Origin: Octopus bimaculoides
Lineage: Eukaryota
Reading direction: 5' to 3'
Length of the DNA: 56,701 nucleotides
Assembly: GCF_001194135.2 (NCBI RefSeq)
Contig: NC_068984.1
Coordinates: forward strand, 55,671,825 to 55,728,525
The translations under genes and the position numbers were made by a program. Every line of letters starts with the position of its first letter. Within the stretch, counting starts at the first letter, position 1. Below the pieces are notes generated by a model. That model had not been told where the DNA came from. It searched no databases and was given only the letters and a program-made list of their open reading frames with translations. Positions 1 to 11,830 of the stretch are shown here, piece by piece.

Positions 1-285
1 AAAAAATGCTTTCTAATTGATGTATCAATACCAGCAGATGACAACGTTTCTCTAAAAGAAATGGAAAAACTTTCAAAATACAAAGACCTGGAAATAGAGA
101 TAACTCGAATGTGGACTCTAGAAACAGAAACAATTCCCATCATAGTAGGTGCCTTAGGTATAATAAAAAAATATTCAGACATGTACATAACAAAAACACC
201 AGGACTTACAAGTATATATAACATACAGAAAATTGCACTACTGGATACTGCACACATTCTACGCAAAACACTTTCAATACAGTAA
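1..285 (+). mobile_element. C-terminal end of a non-LTR retrotransposon ORF with a restriction-enzyme-like (REL) endonuclease, R2 superclade (R4/Dong-like)
   Basis: Frame +1 is open from base 1: KKCFLIDVSIPADDNVSLKEMEKLSKYKDLEIEITRMW...IPIIVGALG...IQKIALLDTAHILRK*. This is the IDVxIP..KExEK..KYxDL..PIIVGALG pattern of REL-domain LINE termini. No stops or frameshifts. Confidence 0.85.
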
Positions 286-414
286 ACATAAGAGCACCAC
301 AGCAAACCACAGCACATACCCAAGGCGCACAGAGCTGCGCTCGGTAGTGAAGTGAAAGCACGTTATAAAAATAAAACTACTGAACAATAATAATAATAAT
401 AATAATAATAATAA
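286..414 (+). mobile_element. 3' UTR and (AAT)n tail of the REL-type LINE
   Basis: ~100-nt UTR with a small GCGCA/TGCGC hairpin directly after the stop codon, ending in (AAT)n at ~386-414. Confidence 0.75.
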
Positions 415-1871
415 CGAAGGTGATGATAATGATGGTGATTATCGAGAGAATGACAATACGAGCAGCTGTGATAGGTGCTATTATAATTAATATAAGACAA
501 ATGTACAATGACTATTAAGCTTCTAAAAGAAATAATGAAATCGTCTTTTGACATTTTCAAGTCATAAAGACATAAAAATGCAAAATGATTCTGTGCTTTT
601 GTTCAACTGGCACGGGTAGGATTTTGATTATCATTGTAAAAAGTGAAACTTCCTCATTTATCAGTTTATTTAGTGCGACACAGTCAAACCTCACGCTTGT
701 TGACCTGCTTGCTTTTTTTCACGTAAGTCAAATGACAGTAGTTTCGTAGTTTCTACTCTATTCTATTCAAGGAGCTCCGTTGTTGACTGTTGGCTAATAT
801 CTGCAATTATATGCACAAACCTAAGTTTATTTATTTGATTTACTTTTCTGTAGAAGTCTATGAGTTTTCTGTGCATATAATTTTCTTCTCTTTGTAACAA
901 GATTGTTCAAACGAAAAACTGAAAAACGTTTCTGAAAGACCGATAAGGCTTGGAGCTAGTGTCATTACAGGCGTTACCTTTAGAAAGCAGAAAGCCAACG
1001 CAAGTACCGCCAATATCTAGTCCAACACATCAACACATCAGCCATTCACTGCCCAAGATTGATACTGTTGTTACACGAAACTACGAAAGGCAGACCTGAG
1101 CAGTAGTTAATACAACATCACGGAGCGTTATTCATCCATCGTTTTAAAAGCGATGCTAATTCGTCGTTTTAGCATAAGTGTGCGTACTTTTTCAGCAATG
1201 AGAAGTGAAACCGCGACTTATCAGCTGAATAACTTATTCAATCAAGCACGGGGTATGCAAAGCTACTAATAAGTCCAAGCCAGATGTGACAAATAGACCA
1301 GATTTCAACTGATAATACTCTCAAGAAGGTTGTGAAAACGCACGCGAGCGCACACACGCACACACACACATGTATATATTAATATATACATATTCATGTT
1401 GTGTACATGATATACTTGCAAGTAACACACCAGAAATAATTAGAATGAGTTATAAAAACAGGTAACTGTTTCCTAAGGGAGCCGCCGTCTGCATCTAGCC
1501 CCTTTAAAATCCAGCGCCAGTGCCTACAAGTCTACTTGGATTCACTTTTCAGTTTGAGCTTCTGATAATTTATCAACATAAACTCCAGTACATATCGACT
1601 CTCACACTATTGTTTCTGTCTAACCAGCCTAGAACGTTTTATATTTTAATGGGAAAATAATGAAGATTTATTTTGTTCATCATAATGTCTGAAATGGTAC
1701 AAATGGCTTGAATTAATAAAATTATCGTCAAATGAATATTGAAGCTATGTCACTGAGTTCATTCTTTTTGCACAATAAATAACAATCTACACAGAATACA
1801 AAAATTATTGCCCAATAACTAACAATGTTTAATATTTCAATGAACAATTCCAATTCAAGTGATGTCACGAG

Positions 1872-2075
1872 CTGTTGTTAGCCCTGATCGAGTAGACAGT
1901 TCAACGAAAACGTTCAAACCGTGGCCACCTCGTATATGTGTGCATGTGTGTCTGTATGTCCTTTCCTTTTTAAGACGGTACAGTGTGATTTGGGGGAGAT
2001 TTAGCAGCTAGCTAGTTCTAGCTAGTCGAGTAATCGCGTTGAGTTTTCCTTGTTGGTTCATCTTAATTGGTTGTC
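1872..2075 (-). mobile_element. Interspersed repeat family D (unclassified, SINE-like)
   Basis: Shares motifs (ttgttagccc..gatcgag; aagacggta..gtgtgatttg..ggagatttagc.gcta) with copies near 4150, 9370, 13840, 22020, 33940, 46810, 49400 and 53110. Confidence 0.6.
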
Positions 2076-2227
2076 CGGTTCTATGAGTGAACCTGCAAGA
2101 GAAATTTGCTCCTAATTACGTTGAAGTTCTCGAACGCTTCTCGTCAACAACAATGCATCTTTTAGAAGAATGTACCTTTCCCTGTTTTATTGTATTTTGT
2201 TTTATTTTATTTTTGTTCTTGTTTTGC

Positions 2228-2291
2228 TCTCTCTCTCTCTCCCTCTCTCTGTCTGTCTGTCTCTCTCTCTTTCTCTCTCTCTATCTCTCTT

Positions 2292-2340
<49 letters not shown>
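2228..2340. repeat. (CT)n microsatellite
   Basis: Directly visible, interrupted (CT)n run. Confidence 0.95.
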
Positions 2341-2620
2341 GTTTATAAAGAACAATTAAAATATAGAAAGATTACGATTGAATGAATGAACTTACTGTCG
2401 TTTACAGCGACATCCTAGGGGAATACACTTGCTCAGCTATATTAACATTATCTGCTTATAGTTATTTTTCAGTAAACATGAAAATATCTTATTACGTCAA
2501 CATTGCTCCCCGGTGACTATTTCCATATATTTATTTACGTCTTTCCTGACATACTTTCCTAACATACTTTATCACTCAAAATTCTTTTATCTCTAAGTAT
2601 TATCCTGATATAAGGACCCT

Positions 2621-3663
2621 TATATATATATATATATATATATTTATCTATCTATATATATATATATATATATATATANNNNNNNNNNNNNNNNNNNNNN
2701 NNNNNNNNNNNNNNNNNNNNNNNNNNNNNNNNNNNNNNNNNNNNNNNNNNNNNNNNNNNNNNNNNNNNNNNNNNNNNNNNNNNNNNNNNNNNNNNNNNNN
2801 NNNNNNNNNNNNNNNNNNNNNNNNNNNNNNNNNNNNNNNNNNNNNNNNNNNNNNNNNNNNNNNNNNNNNNNNNNNNNNNNNNNNNNNNNNNNNNNNNNNN
2901 NNNNNNNNNNNNNNNNNNNNNNNNNNNNNNNNNNNNNNNNNNNNNNNNNNNNNNNNNNNNNNNNNNNNNNNNNNNNNNNNNNNNNNNNNNNNNNNNNNNN
3001 NNNNNNNNNNNNNNNNNNNNNNNNNNNNNNNNNNNNNNNNNNNNNNNNNNNNNNNNNNNNNNNNNNNNNNNNNNNNNNNNNNNNNNNNNNNNNNNNNNNN
3101 NNNNNNNNNNNNNNNNNNNNNNNNNNNNNNNNNNNNNNNNNNNNNNNNNNNNNNNNNNNNNNNNNNNNNNNNNNNNNNNNNNNNNNNNNNNNNNNNNNNN
3201 NNNNNNNNNNNNNNNNNNNNNNNNNNNNNNNNNNNNNNNNNNNNNNNNNNNNNNNNNNNNNNNNNNNNNNNNNNNNNNNNNNNNNNNNNNNNNNNNNNNN
3301 NNNNNNNNNNNNNNNNNNNNNNNNNNNNNNNNNNNNNNNNNNNNNNNNNNNNNNNNNNNNNNNNNNNNNNNNNNNNNNNNNNNNNNNNNNNNNNNNNNNN
3401 NNNNNNNNNNNNNNNNNNNNNNNNNNNNNNNNNNNNNNNNNNNNNNNNNNNNNNNNNNNNNNNNNNNNNNNNNNNNNNNNNNNNNNNNNNNNNNNNNNNN
3501 NNNNNNNNNNNNNNNNNNNNNNNNNNNNNNNNNNNNNNNNNNNNNNNNNNNNNNNNNNNNNNNNNNNNNNNNNNNNNNNNNNNNNNNNNNNNNNNNNNNN
3601 NNNNNNNNNNTGTGTGTGTGTTTGTGTGTGTGTATGTGTTTGTGTGTGTGTGTGTGTGTATGT

Positions 3664-3703
<40 letters not shown>

Positions 3704-3772
3704 GTGTGTGAATGTATGTGTGTACGTGTGTGAATCTGTGTGTGTGCGCGTACATGTGAGTGTGTGTGTGTA
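2621..3772. repeat. (TA)n, then assembly gap 2679-3610, then (GT)n
   Basis: Microsatellites flank a 932-N gap. Confidence 0.95.
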
Positions 3773-3974
3773 TATTATATGGTGGTTAACCCGTCGATCT
3801 CAATGTTGAGCATTCAGTTATTCGATAAATAAAATTCCCAATCGTGAAATAAACATATACAGCCTTAAAATACCCGAGTCAGCATTAAGGTAATGTGATA
3901 AGGTTGGACCTTTGAATTGCGTGTAAAACCAAGACCGAAAGAGAGAGGTGAGGTTGGTATTAGATCCTAGTAAA

Positions 3975-4092
3975 TGAACAATGAAAGGCAAAGTTGATCA
4001 CAGCAAGATTTGAACTTGGAGCAAAGAGACAGCGGAAATGAATACGGCAATGAATTCTACCCAACGCTCTTACAATTATTCAATTCTCTGTC
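3975..4092 (-). mobile_element. Old SINE family A fragment
   Basis: tgaaaggcaaagttga...gatttgaact matches the reverse complement of the family A body and B box. Confidence 0.55.
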
Positions 4093-4144
4093 ATCTTTCT
4101 TTCCACTGTGCTACTTGCATCCCAAACACATATATCCCCAACGA

Positions 4145-4345
4145 GGTAAAATGTTTGTGATCGCGCAACTTACAAGAAATAGCAGCTAAATATCCCTTCA
4201 AAAGTATTCTAATGTCTTAAAAACAGTACACATTGGATTATAAGCTTAGATTCATTACGAATAAAAACAAAAAAAAACAAAAGCATTGCTGATAGTTGAA
4301 ATGCCACTTTTAGTCGGGTTAGCTCAACTAGGTTTGATCTGGAGT
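4145..4345 (+). mobile_element. Interspersed repeat family D
   Basis: aaatagcagctaaatatccc...cattggat...ggttagctcaactaggtttgatctgg motif series. Confidence 0.55.
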
Positions 4346-4954
4346 TTTACCAGCGACGAAGGAATCTCTACGAGTTCGCACTACAAATACAAATATTCGC
4401 TAAGATAACACCCTGCCCTCTTAAAAAGAACGGACAGTTTAGGCTGTCCCTTTAGTCACACACACTATTTAGTCTGTCTTTTTAGCCACACACACACAAA
4501 TGGAAATCCGTAACTACTTTAATGTATTTCTACGTATGTTTCCACAAAGCACATGTTTTTTTTGTTATGCTTTGTGGAAACGTAAGTAGGTATGTAGTAA
4601 TGCATTAAAGGATTTATGAATTTCCTTCCAAATGTTCTCGTTATTACTATATTTATACTATGCTATAGCGTCATCAGACTAAAAATCAACCCATAAATCT
4701 ATTCTGGAAGATGGAAATAATAAGCAGTAGCCGGAACAAATAGCATAGAAGCTTTTTATGAGCATACTGAAAAGCGTTTTACAGGATCTTTTTGGTTTGA
4801 CGGGCAACATTTTTCATTAATGTTTTATGTAGTGTTTTTGGTACCGAAACACTTTCAAACTTCGAATACATGTATATCTTGTGTTATAGAACAGATAAAA
4901 AATGTTGTATTCGAAGTTATTTCATGTAAAACAATTGTCGTATTTCGGTAATTT

Positions 4955-5451
4955 CAACCAATCACTGACATCTATTGAGGTGAAAACAATTACGCCGTGG
5001 AATGTAAACAACGGTGTTACGGGATTTTTTCCCTTGAATAAAATTAGTGCCGTTGTTTGTCAACAAAAACTATCCATTGTCAACAACAACTATCAGCGGT
5101 ATATATTTTGTTTGTCACTGTTATTTATGACATCGTTCGTGCGTTTGTACTAGTTTTAGCTTTAGGGTTTTAGGGTTAGGTTCGGGTTTTAGAGTTAGGG
5201 TTGATTTTAGGATTACGGTTAGGGGTATGGTTATTTTTGCCATAACCTTAACCCTAACTCTATAACTCATAACCATAACCCTAACCCTAACCCCAACCGT
5301 AACCCTAAAACCCTAACCCTAAAACCCGAACCCTAACCCTAAAACCCTAAACCCTTACTAGGGCATGATGATATAATTAAACAGGGAATAACACACTTGA
5401 CACCGAACGGCACTAACTGTATTCAGCTGAATAGACGTCAGTGATTGGTTG
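4955..5451. mobile_element. Foldback/MITE-like element with ~38-bp terminal inverted repeats and inverted telomere-like internal arms
   Basis: 4955-4992 matches the reverse complement of 5414-5451 at 33/38 positions. G-rich TTAGGG/TTTTAGGG variants at ~5155-5233 mirror C-rich CCCTAA/CCCTAAAA units at ~5240-5358. Confidence 0.75.
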
Positions 5452-5499
5452 TACGTATATATGCATATACTCACATATTATTTGTATTATATATATATA

Positions 5500-5762
5500 C
5501 ACCATTGACTGTGAGATGTAGTCATACATCGCTGGTTACAATACGCTTTCACGCATTGCTGGAGCTTTCGAATAATGCCATGCCGCTGGTTAGGCAGGCA
5601 GGCTAACGTTCCCCCTAAACGGAGCATCAGTTCGATGCAGGTTTACCTGCTGGTAGTTGAGTGGACTACAGCAAAACACCTCTCTCGAATACAAAATACA
5701 CCTTTTCTCTGGGAAATGAAACCACGATTTTGCGTGCAACAAACTAGCCACTAGAACATGAG
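5500..5762 (-). mobile_element. Old tRNA-derived SINE, family C-like
   Basis: Reverse complement has a tagtgg A-box-like head, ggtttcatttccc B-box-like motif and a gtccactcaactaccagcagg core, as in the copy at 30827-31166. Confidence 0.45.
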
Positions 5763-5842
5763 CGTGTGTGCGCGTGTGTACATATGTATTTATATATGCA
5801 TGTATGTGTGTGTGTGTGTGTGTGTGTATCCTTTATCTATAA

Positions 5843-6443
5843 CTTGTTTCAGTCATTAGATTGCAACCATGGTCGGGCACCACCTGGAAGATTTTTTTAG
5901 TCGAATTAATCGCCCCCCAGTAATTATGTTTATCTAAAGCCTAGTACATATTTTATTATTCTCTTTTGCCGAGTCGATAATTTACGGTACCATAAACACA
6001 ACACCGGTTGTCAAGCGATGGTAGGAGGACAAACACAGACACAAAAAGACACACGCACACTATATATNNNNNNNNNNNNNNNNNNNNNNNNNNNNNNNNN
6101 NNNNNNNNNNNNNNNNNNNNNNNNNNNNNNNNNNNNNNNNNNNNNNNNNNNNNNNNNNNNNNNNNNNNNNNNNNNNNNNNNNNNNNNNNNNNNNNNNNNN
6201 NNNNNNNNNNNNNNNNNNNNNNNNNNATATATATATATATATAAGTATGTATGTATGTATGTATGTATGTATGTACGACGTGCTTTTTACAGTTTCTGTC
6301 TACTAAATCCACAAATTCACTCACAAGGCTTTGCCCGGCCCGTAACTATAATAGAAGATACTTGCCCAAGGTGCCTCGTAGTGGGGGTAAATGTGGAGCC
6401 GTGTAGTTGGTAAGCAAACTTCTTACCACAGAACCACACCTGC
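5843..6443 (-). mobile_element. SINE family B with internal microsatellite and gap
   Basis: Tail acttgtttcagtcatt, ggttgtcaagcgatg, core cttgcccaaggtgcc and head cttcttaccacagaaccacacc, all reverse-complementary to the full copy at 11411-11829. Confidence 0.8.
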
Positions 6444-6445
6444 AC

Positions 6446-6490
<45 letters not shown>

Positions 6491-6499
6491 AGCAGGAAT

Positions 6500-6620
6500 C
6501 GTCATATTTGGAACACCTTTGGTAATACTTCTGATCAATTAGGACTGACCTGGTATTCAACACCAACCATTTCTCAATCCATTTATCACAACATCCGTCA
6601 AGGATTAATTCACTCGGATG
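6500..6620 (-). pseudogene. Possible CR1/L2-type reverse transcriptase fragment
   Basis: Minus strand gives KWIEKWL..RSVLI and, after a frameshift, ITKGVP. This resembles the WIxxWL..RxQxV..VTSGVPQG RT segment. Short and degenerate. Confidence 0.4.
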
Positions 6621-6673
6621 GCTGTTACTAACAGGTTCTTACAGTCTCCTCACCACCCTATCAAACTCCACCC

Positions 6674-6725
<52 letters not shown>

Positions 6726-7232
6726 TTATCGCTATTTCTCTATATCTTACAGTTTTCTACCCGTCTGTTTTCTATCTGTCGCTAATATGCGTTAAATTAA
6801 TCTATATCAACTATCAGCAATGCTGCTAACAACACTGCTACAAATTTAGTCTAAGCTAACTACTTCACAACTTTGACCCTGTTTTTCTTCCTTTTCTCTT
6901 TCTTTTCTTTCTTTTTTCGTTCTTCTTTTCTTTTTTTCATTCTCACTCGATGCTGCTTGTTGCTACGAAGAACAAATTATACATTACAAATTCATTTACA
7001 TCCGCTCAGTTTTCGCTTTTCTATCTTTCTTCAAGACTCAGTTTTCATCGATATGAAATTTTAATGGGGGGCTGCATGCAGCTCTCATGTTAATCTGTCA
7101 CTTAATATTCTCTTTTGTTATTAGGGAGGGATCTTTCTGCTAACACACACACACACATACGTATGTATGTATGTATGTATGTATGTGTGTGTGTGCATGT
7201 GTGCGTTTGTAAACACATAGACACACGCACAC

Positions 7233-7750
7233 AGTACTTGACTGGCATTTATTTCATCGACCCCGAAAGAATAAAGGGCAAAGTCGACTGTCGGCTCCTG
7301 CAGCATTCGAACTTGGAACGTAAGCCAAAAGTAATGGAATAATAATAATGATAACCCTTTCTACAATAGGCACAAGGCCTGGAATTTGGAGGAGGGGGTT
7401 AGTCGATTATATCGACCCAGTGTTTCACTGGTACTTAATTTATGGACTCCGAAAGGTTGAAAGGTTGAAATTTGACCTCGGCGGAATTTGAACTCAGAAC
7501 GTTGAGACAGGTGAAATGCCGCTAAGCGCCTTAATATTAATAATAGTAATGATTTCAAATTTTGGCACAAGGGCATCAGTTTCGACCCCAGTACTTAACT
7601 GGTACTTATGTTATCGAAAGGATGAAAGGCAAAGTCGAGCTCGGAGGAATTTGAACTCAGAACGTAGTGACGGGCAAATCATAGTAAACATAGAAAGCAG
7701 TAACGGGCTAATAATTTCGTTCGGGTTGCGAACGATTCTGTCAGTTGACC
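7233..7750 (-). mobile_element. Three tandem SINE family A copies/fragments
   Basis: Repeated gaaaggcaaagtcgac, ggaatttgaactcagaacgt and ggcacaagg motifs at ~7233-7293, 7341-7530 and 7543-7750. Confidence 0.85.
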
Positions 7751-8050
7751 GTCTTAAATAAAAACAACGACAAAAATGATAATTTCTTTTATCAGCCACA
7801 GCGACATAATATACGGTGGGTGTAGAGGTGATACGCACACTGAGTCATTTGGCTACCAGTTTATAAAAAAAAATGCTATCTTATCGACAAACTAGACAAC
7901 GGTATCTAGCTATGTGATATAAGTATTCAATGTAGTAGGTGATGTAGTTATATTCTTTATATTTGATACATTGGAATTACCATTCCAAATGCATTACGTC
8001 CCTACATTTACTGGAGATGTTTATCATCATTGTATACGTTATATAAATGT

Positions 8051-8082
<32 letters not shown>

Positions 8083-8186
8083 ATAAGGGTGCAGGCTTTT
8101 TGCCCTTTTGGTTTGAATTTTACCTCTTTGGTTTTAATTGCTATAGCCACCTATATTATAATGTGTTTAATATATCATAACATATT

Positions 8187-8474
8187 CTCTTTTACTCTTT
8201 TACTCTTTTACTTGTTTCAGTCATTTGATTGCGACCATGCTGGAACATCGCCTTTTAGTCGAGCAAATCGACCCCAGGACTTATTCTTTGGAAGCCTAGT
8301 ACTTATTCTATCGGTTTCTTTTTGCCGAACCGCTAAGTTACGGGGACGTAAATACACCACCATCGGTTGTCAAGCGATGCTGGGGGGGGACAAACACAGA
8401 CACACAAACATATACACACACATACATACATATATATACTTATATACGACGGGCTTCTTTCAGTTTCCGTCTAC
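8187..8474 (-). mobile_element. SINE family B 3' portion running into a gap; well preserved
   Basis: (ACTCTTT)n tail, cttgtttcagtcatttgattgcgaccatgctgg, gccgaaccgctaagttacggggacgtaaa, cgacgggcttctttcagtttccgtctac. Confidence 0.85.
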
Positions 8475-9364
8475 NNNNNNNNNNNNNNNNNNNNNNNNNN
8501 NNNNNNNNNNNNNNNNNNNNNNNNNNNNNNNNNNNNNNNNNNNNNNNNNNNNNNNNNNNNNNNNNNNNNNNNNNNNNNNNNNNNNNNNNNNNNNNNNNNN
8601 NNNNNNNNNNNNNNNNNNNNNNNNNNNNNNNNNNNNNNNNNNNNNNNNNNNNNNNNNNNNNNNNNNNNNNNNNNNNNNNNNNNNNNNNNNNNNNNNNNNN
8701 NNNNNNNNNNNNNNNNNNNNNNNNNNNNNNNNNNNNNNNNNNNNNNNNNNNNNNNNNNNNNNNNNNNNNNNNNNNNNNNNNNNNNNNNNNNNNNNNNNNN
8801 NNNNNNNNNNNNNNNNNNNNNNNNNNNNNNNNNNNNNNNNNNNNNNNNNNNNNNNNNNNNNNNNNNNNNNNNNNNNNNNNNNNNNNNNNNNNNNNNNNNN
8901 NNNNNNNNNNNNNNNNNNNNNNNNNNNNNNNNNNNNNNNNNNNNNNNNNNNNNNNNNNNNNNNNNNNNNNNNNNNNNNNNNNNNNNNNNNNNNNNNNNNN
9001 NNNNNNNNNNNNNNNNNNNNNNNNNNNNNNNNNNNNNNNNNNNNNNNNNNNNNNNNNNNNNNNNNNNNNNNNNNNNNNNNNNNNNNNNNNNNNNNNNNNN
9101 NNNNNNNNNNNNNNNNNNNNNNNNNNNAGACAGTGTTAGAAAAACAAATTCCGAGACACGTGCGTCAGTGACAAGCTATAAGTATGACAACACAATTGTA
9201 GAATGAGAAGTAAAGAAACGCATAAAAACATCTGCATGCAAGAAAATTGTATTTGCAAAGCTTTGCGATAGGAGGAGAAAAGCGCACTTAAGTTGCGCTA
9301 ATCGAAATACAGCTCTAGCAACAGCAGTAACAGCAACAACTGTCACAAGAGAATGATCCTTCAC

Positions 9365-9570
9365 GTGGTCACCAGCATGCTAGAAGCAGCAGCCAAATAT
9401 ATCCCCCAAATCATACCCTACTGTTAAAACATATATTCATACAAATGCACACTGGATGTGTTCCTAGATAGACTGAATCAGGAAAAGAAGGCGAGAAACA
9501 GGATGTCCATGGCTGGAAAAAGCATCTGGCCATAGCTCTGCTTGATTAGAGATGCCCTGCGGCTAAGCAA
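9365..9570 (+). mobile_element. Interspersed repeat family D
   Basis: agcagccaaatatatcccccaaatcataccctactgt...catggctggaa motif series. Confidence 0.5.
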
Positions 9571-10499
9571 GTACAGCAACAACATCAGCAAGAGGACAAG
9601 GAAACGTAAACGAGATGGAGAGGTAGCAGAAGAGAATCGTTCAGTTTTCTCTATAGTCTCTACTTTATTGTTCTCGTCTTTTGTTTCTCTACTTCTTTCA
9701 TTCTATCTTACTGTCAATAAAACTGCACACATACACATGTACAAGACAGCACAAGACAAGAAACGAGAGCCTACACATACCGACAATGCATATGTTGCGC
9801 TCACTTGCTCCGTACATGTCAATGTGTTTACTAATATGATAGCAGTAAGTGAATGACAAAGCGTTTATTAGTAGTCGCTTGTTATTTAAGAATAAGGATA
9901 GCAACTAGTTGGCTTTAACTGAACTGAACTGTTTTTAATTCCCCCAAAATTTGATTTGGCATAGTGTATTGGAGTTATTTCCCTTATGTGCCCCCCTGCC
10001 CGACCCGTTTGTTGTTGTTGTTTTTTTAACTTCAGACATCCCTAGAGGGAATTTTTTTCTCTTCTAGCAAAGTAGATAATCTTCCTTAATTGAAACGTGT
10101 TCGCGTGTGTTTTCTTAACTATATTTCTTATGGGAAGCCAGACCGTATTTACTTAGATATTTTTGAAACATTTTACTACTGAGATTACGTTCTTAACTCA
10201 ACGAGTTGCGAAACTCTTCTGCTCCATCCCCATCCCTCTCTCTCTCTCTCTTCCTTCCTTTCTTTCTTTCTTTCTTTCTGTAAGACCATAAAGATAGGTT
10301 AACAGCATTGCTGATGGTTGAAACGGATTAATTTATGTGCCGTTAAGAACAAAGAGGTACTTAACTAAATACTACTATAATAATATCGTGATTATTCAGT
10401 TACAAAAACATACATAGTTCAGCTTTGCGCTTCATCCCTCTAGGGTCTCTCTTCTCCCAAATTTGAAGCATTATCCCTATATCAGAAATCATTATCTAT

Positions 10500-10716
10500 A
10501 GCAGAATCGAATCGTTAGTGCATCAGTAAAAATTCTTTGAGGCATTCATCCCGGCTCTTTACGTTCTGGGTTCAAATCGATCCGAAGTCAACTTAGCCTC
10601 TCGTCGTCCTGGGATCAATAAAACAAATACCAGTGAAGTACCGGTATTGGTTTAATCGACTGGACCCTTTCTCCGTCACCATCAGACACTCAGAATTTCT
10701 GGTCTTGTGCCTACCT
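10500..10716 (+). mobile_element. Old SINE family A
   Basis: gaatcgttag head, tttacgttctgggttcaaatc B box, tttaatcgact, ggtcttgtgcct tail. Confidence 0.7.
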
Positions 10717-10724
10717 TTTATTTT

Positions 10725-11280
10725 TTACTTGATTCAGCCATTATAGACTGCGGCCATGCTGGAGTTCCACCTTGAAGGGTTTAGTCGAACGGATTAATCC
10801 CAGTAGGTTTTTGTTTGTTTTCTTTTCTATTTTCAACCTGTTACATATTATATCGGCGCGTTACTGCTGAACTGCCAGGTTACTGAGAGGTAAAGAAATC
10901 AACACCGGTTATCAAAAGGTGAGAGACAAGCACAAATACAAACACGCGCGCTCACACACACACACACACACNNNNNNNNNNNNNNNNNNNNNNNNNNNNN
11001 NNNNNNNNNNNNNNNNNNNNNNNNNNNNNNNNNNNNNNNNNNNNNNNNNNNNNNNNNNNNNNNNNNNNNNNNNNNNNNNNNNNNNNNNNNNNNNNNNNNN
11101 NNNNNNNNNNNNNNNNNNNNNNNNNNNNNNNNNNNNNNNNNNNNNNNCAGTTTGCGCCTACGAAATCCACGAGCAAGGCTTTGGTAGACCCAAAGTTATA
11201 GTATAGTAGAAGACATTTGCCCAAGGTGCCATACAATGGAACCGAACCCAGAACCATGTCGTTGGGAAGCAACCACATGG
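10725..11280 (-). mobile_element. SINE family B with internal gap
   Basis: gactgcggccatgctggag tail; gaagacatttgcccaaggtgcc core; gaacccagaaccatg head. Confidence 0.75.
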
Positions 11281-11410
11281 TTGCTTCACCGGACCTCCAT
11301 AGCCGTTGGCTGTATATAGAAAACAAAAAAATTCTACAGAATTTTTATAATTAAATATTATTAGGAATTGTTTAAAATATTTTTTGCACATAAATTTTAA
11401 CAACAAACTA

Positions 11411-11829
11411 GGTATAGGCGTGACTATGTGGTAAGAAGCTTGCTTCTCAACCACATGCTTCCGGGTTCAGTCCCACTGCGTAGCACCTTGGGCAAGTGTC
11501 TTCTAATATCGCCTGGGGCCGACCAAAGCTTTGTGAGTAGATTTTGTAGACGGAAACTGAAAGAAGCTCGTCGTACATATATATGTGTGTGTGTGTATGT
11601 GTGTGTGTATATATGTGTGTGTGTGTGTCTGTGTCTGTGTGTTTGTGTTAGCCTCCCATCATCGCTAGACAACTGATGCTGGTGAGTTTACGTCTCTGTA
11701 ACTTAGCAGTTCGACAAAAGTAGTAGGCTTACAAAAAATAAGTTCAGGGGTCGATTTCTTCGGCTAAAAATCCTTTGAGGCGGTGCTCCAGCATGGCCAC
11801 AGTCAAATAACTGAAACAAATAAAAAAAT
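11411..11829 (+). mobile_element. Full-length SINE family B (tRNA-derived head, conserved core, internal (GT)n, A-rich tail)
   Basis: Head ggtataggcgtgactatgtggtaag...ccgggttcagtccc (A/B-box-like), core caccttgggcaagtgtcttc, (GT)n at ~11585-11645, tail gcggtgctccagcatggccacagtcaaataactgaaacaaataaaa. Confidence 0.85.
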
Positions 11830-11830
11830 A

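Noticed and set aside
900-1100. Possible terminal exon after ttacag or aacaag acceptors (ALPLESRKPTQVPP... or CSNEKLKNVSERP...)
   Set aside because: About 40 codons in two competing frames, weak acceptors and no recognisable homology; consistent with chance.
4955-5451. True telomere-telomere fusion site
   Set aside because: The short degenerate arms are enclosed by non-telomeric TIRs and mirror each other's variants, which fits a foldback element better; not fully excluded.
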